Both the position numbers and the translations under genes were made by a program. 64,000 nucleotides of DNA from Flavobacteriales bacterium (GTDB lineage: Bacteria; Bacteroidota; Bacteroidia; Flavobacteriales_F; PHOS-HE28). The stretch lies in assembly GCA_016699575.1 (NCBI GenBank), contig CP064979.1:2576824-2640823 (forward strand), in the 5' to 3' direction. Of this stretch, positions 1 to 9,065 are shown one piece after another. The notes under the pieces were generated by a model, which saw only the letters and a program-made list of their open reading frames with translations, was not told the origin of the DNA and did no database searches. The number at the start of each line of letters is the position of its first letter. The stretch's first letter is position 1.

Positions 1-141
1 CGCGCGCTGGTGAAGCACAACGCCGAGCTGAAGCCCGCCCTGAAGAAGGAAGGCCTGATGACCCGTGACCCACGCACCGTGGAGCGCAAGAAATTCGGCA
101 AGAAGAAGGCTCGCAAGAGCTACCAGTTCAGCAAGCGTTAA
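1..141 (+). CDS. rpsI: 30S ribosomal protein S9, 3' end (partial, runs off window start)
   Basis: Frame-1 translation ends ...[12 protein letters not shown], the conserved uS9 C-terminus. rpsB follows, as in the usual rplM-rpsI-rpsB-tsf arrangement. Confidence 0.8.
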   Translation, partial: RALVKHNAELKPALKKEGLMTRDPRTVERKKFGKKKARKSYQFSKR

Positions 142-250
142 GGTCCCACGCTTGTTCAGGATCCAATTCTGGCGGACTCAGCTGCTCCGGTGGCTGGCTA
201 CCCTCAGGATGCCTGTGATAACGGGAACAAGGAAAGTGAACTAAAGAGAC

Positions 251-1030
251 ATGGCACGTACCAATTTCCAGGAGCTGCTCGAGAGCGGCGTGCACTTCGG
301 CCACCTGCGCCGCAAGTGGAACCCCAACATGGCGCCCTACATCTTCGGCGAGAAGAAGGGCATCCACATCATCGATCTGAACAAGACGGTGGTGAAACTG
401 GACGAAGCCGCCAATGCGATGAAGAACATCTCGCGCAGCGGCAAGAAGGTCCTCTTCGTGGCCACGAAGAAGCAGGCCAAGGAGCTCGTCGCCACCAAGG
501 TGAAGGAGACCGGCATGCCCTACGTGACGGAGCGTTGGAGCGGTGGCATGCTCACCAACTTCGGCACCATCCGCCGCGCCATCAAGAAGATGGCCACCAT
601 CGACCGCATGAAGGTGGACGGCACGTTCGCCAACATGAGCAAGCGCGAGCGACTACAGGTGATGCGCCAACGCGAGAAGATGGAGAAGAACCTCGGTTCC
701 ATCGCTGACCTCACGCGTTTGCCAGCCGCTGTGTTCATCGTGGACATCGTGAAGGAGCACATTGCGCTGGCCGAGGCCCGCAAACTGGGCATCCCCACCT
801 TCGCCATGGTGGATACCAACAGCGACCCCAACCTCGTGGACTTCCCCATCCCGGCCAACGACGATGCCACCAAGAGCATCGAGAAGATCGTGGGCGTGAT
901 GCTGGACGCTGTGCGTGAAGGTCAGGAAGAGCGCAAGAACGATAAGAGCTTGGCCGACGCCGAAGCAACCGAAGGCGAGGAAGGCGAAGAGGCCGCTGAA
1001 GTGGAAGGCGGCGCAGAAGGCAAAGAGTAA
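251..1030 (+). CDS. rpsB: 30S ribosomal protein S2
   Basis: ATG at 251. MARTNFQELLESGVHFGH... is canonical bS2. There is an acidic C-terminal tail. Confidence 0.95.
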   Translation: MARTNFQELLESGVHFGHLRRKWNPNMAPYIFGEKKGIHIIDLNKTVVKLDEAANAMKNISRSGKKVLFVATKKQAKELVATKVKETGMPYVTERWSGGMLTNFGTIRRAIKKMATIDRMKVDGTFANMSKRERLQVMRQREKMEKNLGSIADLTRLPAAVFIVDIVKEHIALAEARKLGIPTFAMVDTNSDPNLVDFPIPANDDATKSIEKIVGVMLDAVREGQEERKNDKSLADAEATEGEEGEEAAEVEGGAEGKE

Positions 1031-1129
1031 GAAAAGGTTGATGGTTGTTGGTGGACGCGCGCCCATGTCGGACGCTGGACCAACGACCAAGGACCGAGAA
1101 CCAACAACTACCAAGAAGTGAGCACGACC

Positions 1130-1960
1130 ATGGCCATTACCGCCGCCGACGTGAACAAGCTCCGCCAGATGACCGGCGCGGGCATGATGGATTGCAAAAA
1201 GGCCCTCACCGAGGCCAATGGCGACTTCGATGCTGCCATCGACCTGCTGCGCAAGCAGGGCCAGAAGGTGGCCGCCAAGCGCGCCGACCGTGAGGCCACC
1301 GAAGGCTTGGTGATCGCCAAGACCTCCGCCGATGGCAAGCGCGGCGTGATGATCTGCCTGAACTGCGAGACCGACTTCGTGGCCAAGAACGCCGACTTCA
1401 CTGCAATGGCCGAGCGCATCGCCGATATCGCTTTGGAGAAGGGCTGCAAGAACGTGGACGAACTGAAGGCGCAGGCCTACGACAGCAACGGCCTTACCAT
1501 CGCCGAAAAGGTGATCGAGCAGACCGGTGTGATCGGCGAGAAGATCGACGTGAGCGTGTGCGAGATCGTGGAGGCCGCATTCGTTTACGCCTACAACCAC
1601 CCGGGCAACAAAGTGGCCAGCATGGTCGGGTTGAACAAGTCAGGTTTCGAGGGTCCCGCCAAGGATGTGGCCATGCAGATCGCTGCCATGGCGCCCGTGG
1701 CCCTGAACAAGGACAGCGTGCCCGCCGACATCATCGCCAAGGAACTGGAGATCGGCAAGGAGCTCGCCATCCAGGAGGGTAAACCCGCCGACATGGCCGA
1801 GAAGATCGCCCAGGGCCGCCTGAACAAGTTCTTCAAGGAAAGCACCCTGCTCGCACAAGAGTTCATCAAGGACAACAAGCTGAGCGTGGAGCAGTACCTG
1901 AAGACCCAGGACAAGGAACTCACCGCCACCGGCTTCAAGCGTCATTCGCTGATGCAGTGA
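1130..1960 (+). CDS. tsf: Elongation factor Ts
   Basis: MAITAADVNKLRQMTGAGMMDCKKAL... is the EF-Ts N-terminal UBA-like motif. The ORF-track start at 1118 is GTG. The first ATG is at 1130. Confidence 0.95.
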   Translation: MAITAADVNKLRQMTGAGMMDCKKALTEANGDFDAAIDLLRKQGQKVAAKRADREATEGLVIAKTSADGKRGVMICLNCETDFVAKNADFTAMAERIADIALEKGCKNVDELKAQAYDSNGLTIAEKVIEQTGVIGEKIDVSVCEIVEAAFVYAYNHPGNKVASMVGLNKSGFEGPAKDVAMQIAAMAPVALNKDSVPADIIAKELEIGKELAIQEGKPADMAEKIAQGRLNKFFKESTLLAQEFIKDNKLSVEQYLKTQDKELTATGFKRHSLMQ

Positions 1961-1981
1961 GTCCAACTCGCTATGAACGAA

Positions 1982-2015
1982 ACGCCTCGGAAAGTCTCCG
2001 GGGCGTTTTGCGTTC
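1982..2015 (+). terminator. Rho-independent terminator after tsf
   Basis: Stem acgcc(t)cgg / ccg(g)ggcgt with loop aaagtct, followed by ttttgcgttctt. Confidence 0.5.
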
Positions 2016-2067
2016 TTGGGATTGAACGTCGGCTGCGAATAGCTTCGGTTGACCAAATGCCCAAGCC

Positions 2068-4587
2068 ATGAACCTCCGAGCTTGCCTGTTTCTCTCTGCG
2101 TTCACTTTGATCGGAACCGTCCGCTCGAACATCCCGCCGGATTTTTACGGTCAGAAGTCGAGCCGAAGCATAGGCTATTTTGCCAATGAAGGCCAAGTGC
2201 TGCAGACCAATGGCAATAGTGCCAGTGCTGTAGCGGCATACTCGTTCGGAGCTTTCCCGCAGACCTATTTCCTGCACGAGTCAACCGTCTACTTCAACGC
2301 AAGGGAGAACGACGGAGACTTCAGTACCCCCGACCCGTCTTTCTCTTTGCGGTTCCGTCCGATCGGCGAGAATGCTGCACTTGTTTCGCCAGACCTTATT
2401 GGCCAGCGGTCCAACTATCAGAACTTCTTCCTCCCGCAAACGGCTCCCAACGGTGTGGTTGGTGTGCATGACCACGAACGTCTTCACTACAAAGATGTCT
2501 ACCCCGGGATCAGCATGCAGTTCTATGGCACGAGCGCTGGGCAGAACCTCGCTTTCTACGCGGAACCGTACAGCGACCCTTCGGAGATACAATTGCTGTT
2601 CGAGGGCCAAGACAGCTTGCATGTGGACTGGCTCGGGAATCTCAAGGTGCTCATCGCGGGGAAGTGGATCCTTTTGCGTGAGGCCGTTGCGTACCAGGTC
2701 GATGCCAACGAGAACGTCATCCCGCTAAATTGGAACGCACAGTACGAGGAGATCAACGGGCAGGACATCATTGGATTCATCTTTGATACATATGACCCGA
2801 GCCTAGCTCTGGTGCTCCAGATCGGTGCGATGCCCCTCGATGAGCCGGACCCAACCGAATACTTGTGCTGGGGCTCATACTACGGTGGTACTGACATGGA
2901 GGAACTCTACGCGAGCGACACCGATTCAGATGGGAATTTCTACCTCACAGGGTATTCGAGCAGCGACTTCCTCACCTTCCAAAGCAACGTTGGGGTGGAT
3001 CTGGTTGGCAATGATCAGGCGGTCGTTGTGACCAAGTTCCTGGCCAACTACGAGTTAGACTGGACCTTGTTCTACGGCGGATCGGATGATCAAGCGGGTA
3101 GGGACATTGGGGTGCGGGAACTTGGTGGCAACACCGAGATTTTTGTAACAGGATACACGAGGGCGAACGATTTGTACACCTGACCCTTGGCCGGCGCATA
3201 CAATGACTTGACGGCGAGCAGCCTCTGGGAGAAAGGCTTCATACTACAGCTCGATGTGACCGGAGGAATAGACTGGAGTACCTACTTCGGCGACGATAGA
3301 ACTCGCTTGGAGGGGTTGGATTTCGATGCGACGGGTCGGCTCTATTTGGTAGGCGATTGGGAGTACAGCTATCCCTCACAATCGCTTGCCGGTGCGTCCT
3401 CTTGGGCAGCCGGTGGTGAACACGATCTTCTGTTGGCGCGCTTCAGTGCAGCAGGAGCTCTTCAATGGTGTACTTCGTACGGGGGCTCAGACTCCGAGTT
3501 TGGGGGCGATATCGTTTGCACGCCACAGGGCTTTTGGGTCAGTGGGCAAACGCTGAGCACCACTGTTCCGCTCATCGCTGGGAGCGGGTATAACCAATCT
3601 GTTAATGCTGGCGGGCGCGACCTACTGCTGCTCGCGTTCAATAGTTCAGCGGCCTGCCAGAAAGCAACGTTCGTTGGCGGGAGCGATCATGACACACCTG
3701 GGGTCAACAGCCTCGCAGCAACGAGCAACGGGCATGTCTACTTCGTTGGGAATACATTGAGCAGCGATTTTCCATTGCAACAGAGCACTGGATTCTACGA
3801 CGACACGAACGGGGACAGGGCTGCATTCGTGCTTCAGTTCAGCGGCGTCACTAGGGCAATGATGTGGGGTACTTATGTGTACGGCAGTGGAAACAACGCC
3901 TTCGAGACGGCCGTGGTGGACAACCAAGAGAGATTGATAGCCGTTGGCTTCTCCAAGGATCCGAACTTCCCGTTGTGGCAGGCGCCGAACACGTTCTTCC
4001 AAGGTTCCATTATCGACCCTGTAGGTTTTGTCAGCTACTGGGGATACGATGGTGCCATCATGTGCTTCAACCCTGCGCACGTTGTGCAGTACGCGAGCTA
4101 TTTCGGGGGAGAACAAGGCATTTACGGCGACGTGGTGCACACTGCCTCAGTGCATGCCAATCGTTTGTTGATCGCCGGCATGACAGACAAGGATGGGATT
4201 AACGTTGCTGGGTACTTCCCGCTTTTTGATCCCGGTTTCCCGGCGTACTACGACGAGACCTATGATTACAACGGCGGTAGCAACTATTGGGATGGTTGGG
4301 TTGGAGCGATATGCACAGATTTCTTCAGCGCACTGAGCGTGGATGAAAGCACTTTCGGCATGCCTACCGCGCAGTGGTTGGATGGCACGATCACACTGTG
4401 TGGCCTGTCACCTGGGAGGACGCACTGCCGGTTGGTAGATTCTCGTGGAAGACTAGTTCGAGAGAGTAGTGTTGTGGTGCGGCCTGATGGGCGGGCCGAC
4501 TGGAATTGTGGCTCTGTAGCCGCTGGAACCTACGTGCTTCGCACGGATCAGAACTCGTCGGCGGTAAAGGTGGCCGTTCAGAACTGA
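2068..4587 (+). pseudogene. SBBP beta-propeller-repeat T9SS cargo protein, split by an in-frame TGA at 3181-3183 (ORFs 2068..3183 and 3187..4587 share one frame)
   Basis: Signal peptide MNLRACLFLSAFTLIGTVRS. Repeated SBBP-type units (Y/F-GG-sDxD-xG-xIavD-GN-Y-tGxT-S-DFP). The single stop falls inside one repeat unit. The C-terminal ~80 aa (..GTYVLRTDQNSSAVKVAVQN) resembles a Por/T9SS sorting domain. The upstream half lacks a C-terminal sorting domain and the downstream half lacks a signal peptide. Confidence 0.6.
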
Positions 4588-4595
4588 CCTGCTAC

Positions 4596-5948
4596 ATGAA
4601 ATCGCTTGCTGTACTTGTTGGGTGCTTGCCGTGTTTTGCACTGGCTCAGGACAATTGGATTGGGGCGGGTATGCCATACCTCACGTATGGCGTTCGAGAA
4701 CTCTACGTTGAACAGGAAAAGGATCGCCTCTTAGCGATGGGAGTTACTTCGGTGGGGCCTTTGACCTTTCCTGTTGTCATTGGAGAATACAACGGGTCCT
4801 CATGGGACGCATTCGGCGAGTTCGGTGGGTGGGTCTATTCTGCGTGTAGCTACGGTGATACGCTCGTAGTTGGCGGTGCGTTCAATGATGTGGGCGGAGA
4901 ACCCTTTGAGCATATTGCCGCCTTTTATGACAATGCGTGGCACCCATTTGGCGATCTTGACCAGTCTGTGCGCCGACTCCGGATTCTGAACGGAATCCTC
5001 TATGCGGTAGGTGCATTCGAGTACGCCGATGGGCACTTGTGCAACGGGGTGGCCAAACGTGTGGGTGGTGAATGGGTGAACTTGGGGAACTTGCAACAGG
5101 ATGTGCCTGGTGCCCCCATCTTGGTGGAGGTTGCTGAGTTTGCTGGAGATTTGTACGTCGGTGGTTCGCTCTCCTTGGCCGATGGAACCAATGGAATCGC
5201 CAAGTTCGATGGCACCATGTGGAGCGGGCCGGGAGGAGGAATTCTCGGTGGTGCAACCGCTGTGCTTGCCATGGAGGTTTACGGTGGTTCCCTATATGCT
5301 GGTGGTGAGATCGACATCAACTCCGGCAACGTGGGTCATGGGATAATGCGTTGGGATGGTAGCCAGTGGCATGCGGTAGGTGGTAGTGTGCAAGACATCT
5401 ATTGTGGGAGCAGCTATCCGGCGCGGGTATATGAACTACTGGAGCATGATGGACTGCTGCTGGTGGGCGGCGGCTTCGGCTGCGCGGGCGGCATACCGGC
5501 CAGCCGCTTTGCAGTTTGGGACGGCTATCAGTGGTGTGCCAATGCGAGTGTCATGACAGGCTACGTGGAGAGCATGGCTTTCTACCACGATACGCTCTTC
5601 ATCGCCTGCGGTCATGTGGTGGAGGGCGATAGCGTGAACCGTGTGGCCAAATGGGTAGGGGGAGCTTACGGGGATAGTTGCCAGGTCGTGGCCGTGAACG
5701 ATCCCGGGCCATGGCGGGACCGGCTGCGTGTCAGGGTCAGTGGTGCCGGGGTCCTGACCATTTCGGGGCTTCCCGACGGTCGCAGCGATTACTCACTATG
5801 CGATGCGATTGGTCGTGTGCTTGACACTGGCTCTTTGGCTGCCTTTGGTCCAAGTGCTGTGGAAGTTCGGCTACCAGGCCTTGCTTCCGGCGCATACGTT
5901 TTCGTTGTTGAGGGCCTTGCTTACCGATTCATTGTGGCTGAGCCATAG
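4596..5948 (+). CDS. Secreted repeat protein with T9SS C-terminal sorting domain
   Basis: ATG at 4596. [18 protein letters not shown] is a signal peptide. There are repeated G-G-x-F and (A/V)xWDGxxW motifs. The C-terminus ...[27 protein letters not shown] is typical of a Por_Secre_tail. Confidence 0.7.
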   Translation: MKSLAVLVGCLPCFALAQDNWIGAGMPYLTYGVRELYVEQEKDRLLAMGVTSVGPLTFPVVIGEYNGSSWDAFGEFGGWVYSACSYGDTLVVGGAFNDVGGEPFEHIAAFYDNAWHPFGDLDQSVRRLRILNGILYAVGAFEYADGHLCNGVAKRVGGEWVNLGNLQQDVPGAPILVEVAEFAGDLYVGGSLSLADGTNGIAKFDGTMWSGPGGGILGGATAVLAMEVYGGSLYAGGEIDINSGNVGHGIMRWDGSQWHAVGGSVQDIYCGSSYPARVYELLEHDGLLLVGGGFGCAGGIPASRFAVWDGYQWCANASVMTGYVESMAFYHDTLFIACGHVVEGDSVNRVAKWVGGAYGDSCQVVAVNDPGPWRDRLRVRVSGAGVLTISGLPDGRSDYSLCDAIGRVLDTGSLAAFGPSAVEVRLPGLASGAYVFVVEGLAYRFIVAEP

Positions 5949-5986
5949 CGGTTGGCTTGCCGGGATCGCTTCTTTTGCGGCCCGCT

Positions 5987-6715
5987 ATGAGCAACACCTC
6001 CGCCCCCCGTACCTACAAGCGCATCCTCCTGAAGCTCTCGGGCGAAAGCCTGATGGGCACCAAGGACTACGGCATCGACAGCGATCGCCTGAACATGTAC
6101 GCTCAGGAGATCATCGGGGTGGCACGCGGTGGCATCCAAGTGGCCGTGGTGATCGGTGGCGGCAACATCTACCGCGGCATGCAGGCCAACGGCAGCGGTA
6201 TCGACCGTGTGCAGGGCGACCACATGGGCATGCTGGCCACCATGATCAACAGCCTGGCCTTGCAAAGTGCTCTGGAGGCACAGGGCTACAACACCCGGCT
6301 GCTCAGTGCCATCAAGATGGAGCAGATCGCGGAGCCCTTCATCCGCCGTAGGGCCGTGCGCCACTTGGAGAAGGGCCGCATTGTCATCTTCGGTGCGGGC
6401 ACAGGCAATCCCTACTTCACCACGGACACGGCAGCCAGCCTGCGAGCCATCGAGATCGAAGCCGATGTGATCCTGAAGGGCACCCGCGTTGACGGCATCT
6501 ATACCGCCGATCCCGAGAAGGACAAGACCGCCACCCGTTACGAGCGCATCAGCTTCACGGAGGTCTATGACAAGGGTCTCAACGTGATGGACATGACGGC
6601 CTTCACGCTCTGCAAGGAGAACAACCTGCCCATCATCGTCTTCGACATGAACAAGCCCGGCAACCTGGGCCGCTTGGTGAAGGGCGAGCAGGTAGGCACG
6701 CTGGTCGAGTTCTGA
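5987..6715 (+). CDS. pyrH: UMP kinase
   Basis: [14 protein letters not shown]...GGGNIYRG... are the amino-acid kinase family motifs. The ATG at 5987 is preferred over the upstream TTG. Confidence 0.95.
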   Translation: MSNTSAPRTYKRILLKLSGESLMGTKDYGIDSDRLNMYAQEIIGVARGGIQVAVVIGGGNIYRGMQANGSGIDRVQGDHMGMLATMINSLALQSALEAQGYNTRLLSAIKMEQIAEPFIRRRAVRHLEKGRIVIFGAGTGNPYFTTDTAASLRAIEIEADVILKGTRVDGIYTADPEKDKTATRYERISFTEVYDKGLNVMDMTAFTLCKENNLPIIVFDMNKPGNLGRLVKGEQVGTLVEF

Positions 6716-6787
6716 ACAGCGCTATTGAACGGTATTTCTCATCCCGAGCCCGGTCGAGGGATATTTTCGCCGACCTATTCCAGCACC

Positions 6788-7348
6788 ATGACCGATACAC
6801 GCGCCATCATCAGCCAGGCCGACGACAACATGCGCAAGGCCGTTGCGCACCTGGAACAGGAACTCACGAAGATCAGGGCCGGTGCCGCCACCCCCAGCAT
6901 GCTCGATGGCGTGCGGGTGGATTACTACGGCAGCATGATGCCGCTGAGCCAGGTGGCCACCGTGAACACCGGCGATGCACGCACGCTGTTCGTGAAGCCC
7001 TGGGAAAAGAAGATGATCGACGCGATCGAGAAGGCCATCATCGCGGCCAATCTTGGCTTCAATCCCAGCAATAACGGGGAGAGCGTCATCATCAATGTGC
7101 CCATGCTCACCGAGGAGCGGCGCAAGACCCTGGTGAAAGGCGCCCATGCCGAAGGGGAGCATGCCCGGGTCAGTATCCGCGGGTTCAGGCAGAAGGCCAT
7201 GGAAGCCGTGAAGGCCGCTAAGAAGGACGGGCTCCCCGAAGACACTGCCAAGGATGCCGAGGAGCAGATCGAGAAGATCACCGGCATCAACAACAAGAAG
7301 GTCGAAGAGCACATCGCGGCGAAGGAGAAGGACATCATGAAGGTGTGA
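6788..7348 (+). CDS. frr: Ribosome recycling factor
   Basis: MTDTRAIISQADDNMRKAVAHLEQELTKIRAGAATPSMLD is canonical RRF. The gene directly follows pyrH. Confidence 0.95.
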   Translation: MTDTRAIISQADDNMRKAVAHLEQELTKIRAGAATPSMLDGVRVDYYGSMMPLSQVATVNTGDARTLFVKPWEKKMIDAIEKAIIAANLGFNPSNNGESVIINVPMLTEERRKTLVKGAHAEGEHARVSIRGFRQKAMEAVKAAKKDGLPEDTAKDAEEQIEKITGINNKKVEEHIAAKEKDIMKV

Positions 7349-7410
7349 GGACGGGCGTACTTAAATGCCCCAGTGCCCCAGTGCTGCTGGATGAAACCCG
7401 ACTCTCACGG

Positions 7411-7920
7411 ATGCGCTTTTTGATCAGCCGACAAATGGTGATAGGTGCTTTGGCTTTGTTCACGGCATCGGCAGTTGATGCTCAGCAACTCGTGCCCGAC
7501 GGCTCGTCCGTTCGACTTCCGCTCGCTAAGGGTTGGAAACTCGAAACCACCGACCATGTTGATGGTCCATGGCAAGTGCTAACCGTTGAAAAGAAGGGGT
7601 TGAGCACGAGCGGAAACGTAACAGTGCGCTGGACACCAGGTCAATTGAAGCTGGACAGTGTTGCAATGGAAATCGTGTCGGCTTATCGAAGGCGATCGGA
7701 GGTCTTGGACTTGAATACGGGTTCCGCGGCGTTCCAAGAGCGTTCAGCCTTCCGGGCTGATTTCAAGGTTTTCCCGATAATGCCGTTTCTCGTCGATGTG
7801 CGGTCGTTCCACGCTTGCGGGAAGACCTTCGTCTTCATCGTCTATGTTGCTCAGGAGGATGCTGGTAAGAGGCAACGCGACTTCCAGGAGATTGAGGCGG
7901 GCTTTGTCTGTGATGAGTAG
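7411..7920 (+). CDS. Hypothetical secreted protein
   Basis: ATG at 7411 gives the signal peptide MRFLISRQMVIGALALFTASAVDAQQ. No recognisable domain. Confidence 0.5.
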   Translation: MRFLISRQMVIGALALFTASAVDAQQLVPDGSSVRLPLAKGWKLETTDHVDGPWQVLTVEKKGLSTSGNVTVRWTPGQLKLDSVAMEIVSAYRRRSEVLDLNTGSAAFQERSAFRADFKVFPIMPFLVDVRSFHACGKTFVFIVYVAQEDAGKRQRDFQEIEAGFVCDE

Positions 7921-7967
7921 AGCAACTGCGAACAGTCTTGCCTTACACATTTGATCGAGCCGAGGAC

Positions 7968-8993
7968 TCACGCCCACACCGGGCTTCCCTCACTGCAGTT
8001 CCTGCACATCTCCAAATTGCTGCGGCTTTGTAGCAACGCAGCTCGGAAGTCACGGTAGGAGGCGCCGTTCCAGATCTCTTTGAAGGGGCCTTGCCCAACA
8101 CTGCCGAGCACATGGTGCGCGTCCTTGTCGAAGCAGCACGGCACCACACGACCGTCCCAGGTGATCACACAGCTGTGCCACATCTTCCAGCAGTGGTCGT
8201 GCATTGCGTTCTTCAATTGCCATGAGCCATCGGCCGCGCGGCGGTAACGTGCGTACTTGTCTTGGGTGGGTATGAGGGGATGGTCCTCGCGAGGGTCGTA
8301 CACCTGAGCGGTTTTCAGCCACAGGTCGTCGACGCCGATGCGCTTGGCCAACGCGCGGGCTGCGGGGATCTGGTGTTCATTCGGTTTCACCACCAGGAAC
8401 TGGAACACCAGGTGCGGCGTGCGGCTCTTCAGCAGGCGTTTCCATTTCACGATCCGCTCGGCTCCCTCGATCACCTTGTTCAACGTGCCTTCCTTGCGGT
8501 AGGCCTCGTACGTCGCCTGATCCGTGCCGTCCAGTGAAATGATGAGCCGCGACAGCCCGCTCCGCACCGTACGCTCCGCGACTTCCTCCGTAATGAAATG
8601 CGCGTTGGTGCTGGTCGCCGTGTACACGCCACGCTCGCTGGCATGCGCCACCATGTCGAGGAACGAAGGGTTGATGTACGGCTCGCCTTGGAAGTAGAAC
8701 GTCAGGCTCAGGAGGTCGTCGCCCAGTTCATCGATCACCCGGTGGAAGAGCGGCTGCTTCAGGTTGCCGGTCGGCCGGGTGAATGAGCGCAGACCGCTCG
8801 GGCATTCAGGGCATCGAAGGTTGCATGCCGTGGTGGGTTCGATGCTGATGTTGATGGGCAGGCCTTTGATGACGGGCTCCTTCGTGCGCTTGGCCCGTTG
8901 ATAGCTGCTCCAGATGCGCCACGCGTTGGTTGCACGGCGCGCGGAGAGCTTCCGCGACCATTCGCGCGCATCGTGCAGGGGGGCAAGGAGCAT
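7968..8993 (-). CDS. Radical SAM / SPASM-domain protein (342 aa)
   Basis: CNLRCPECPSG is a CX3CX2C 4Fe-4S motif. The Cys-rich C-terminal region (CCFDKD..., CRNCSEG) is SPASM/twitch-like. The ATG at 8993 was verified on the reverse strand. The ORF-track extension to 9605 is non-coding-looking and overlaps the divergent neighbour. Confidence 0.8.
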   Translation of the reverse strand: MLLAPLHDAREWSRKLSARRATNAWRIWSSYQRAKRTKEPVIKGLPINISIEPTTACNLRCPECPSGLRSFTRPTGNLKQPLFHRVIDELGDDLLSLTFYFQGEPYINPSFLDMVAHASERGVYTATSTNAHFITEEVAERTVRSGLSRLIISLDGTDQATYEAYRKEGTLNKVIEGAERIVKWKRLLKSRTPHLVFQFLVVKPNEHQIPAARALAKRIGVDDLWLKTAQVYDPREDHPLIPTQDKYARYRRAADGSWQLKNAMHDHCWKMWHSCVITWDGRVVPCCFDKDAHHVLGSVGQGPFKEIWNGASYRDFRAALLQSRSNLEMCRNCSEGSPVWA

Positions 8994-9065
8994 CTGCGGG
9001 ACAATGTAGCGGGCACCGGGGAGGGCGTCTGTTACTTTCTTCGTCGCCCGACCGTCACACTTCAC

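Noticed and set aside
653-1600. 315-aa minus-strand ORF over rpsB/tsf
   Set aside because: It is antisense to two ribosomal or translation genes with clear homology.
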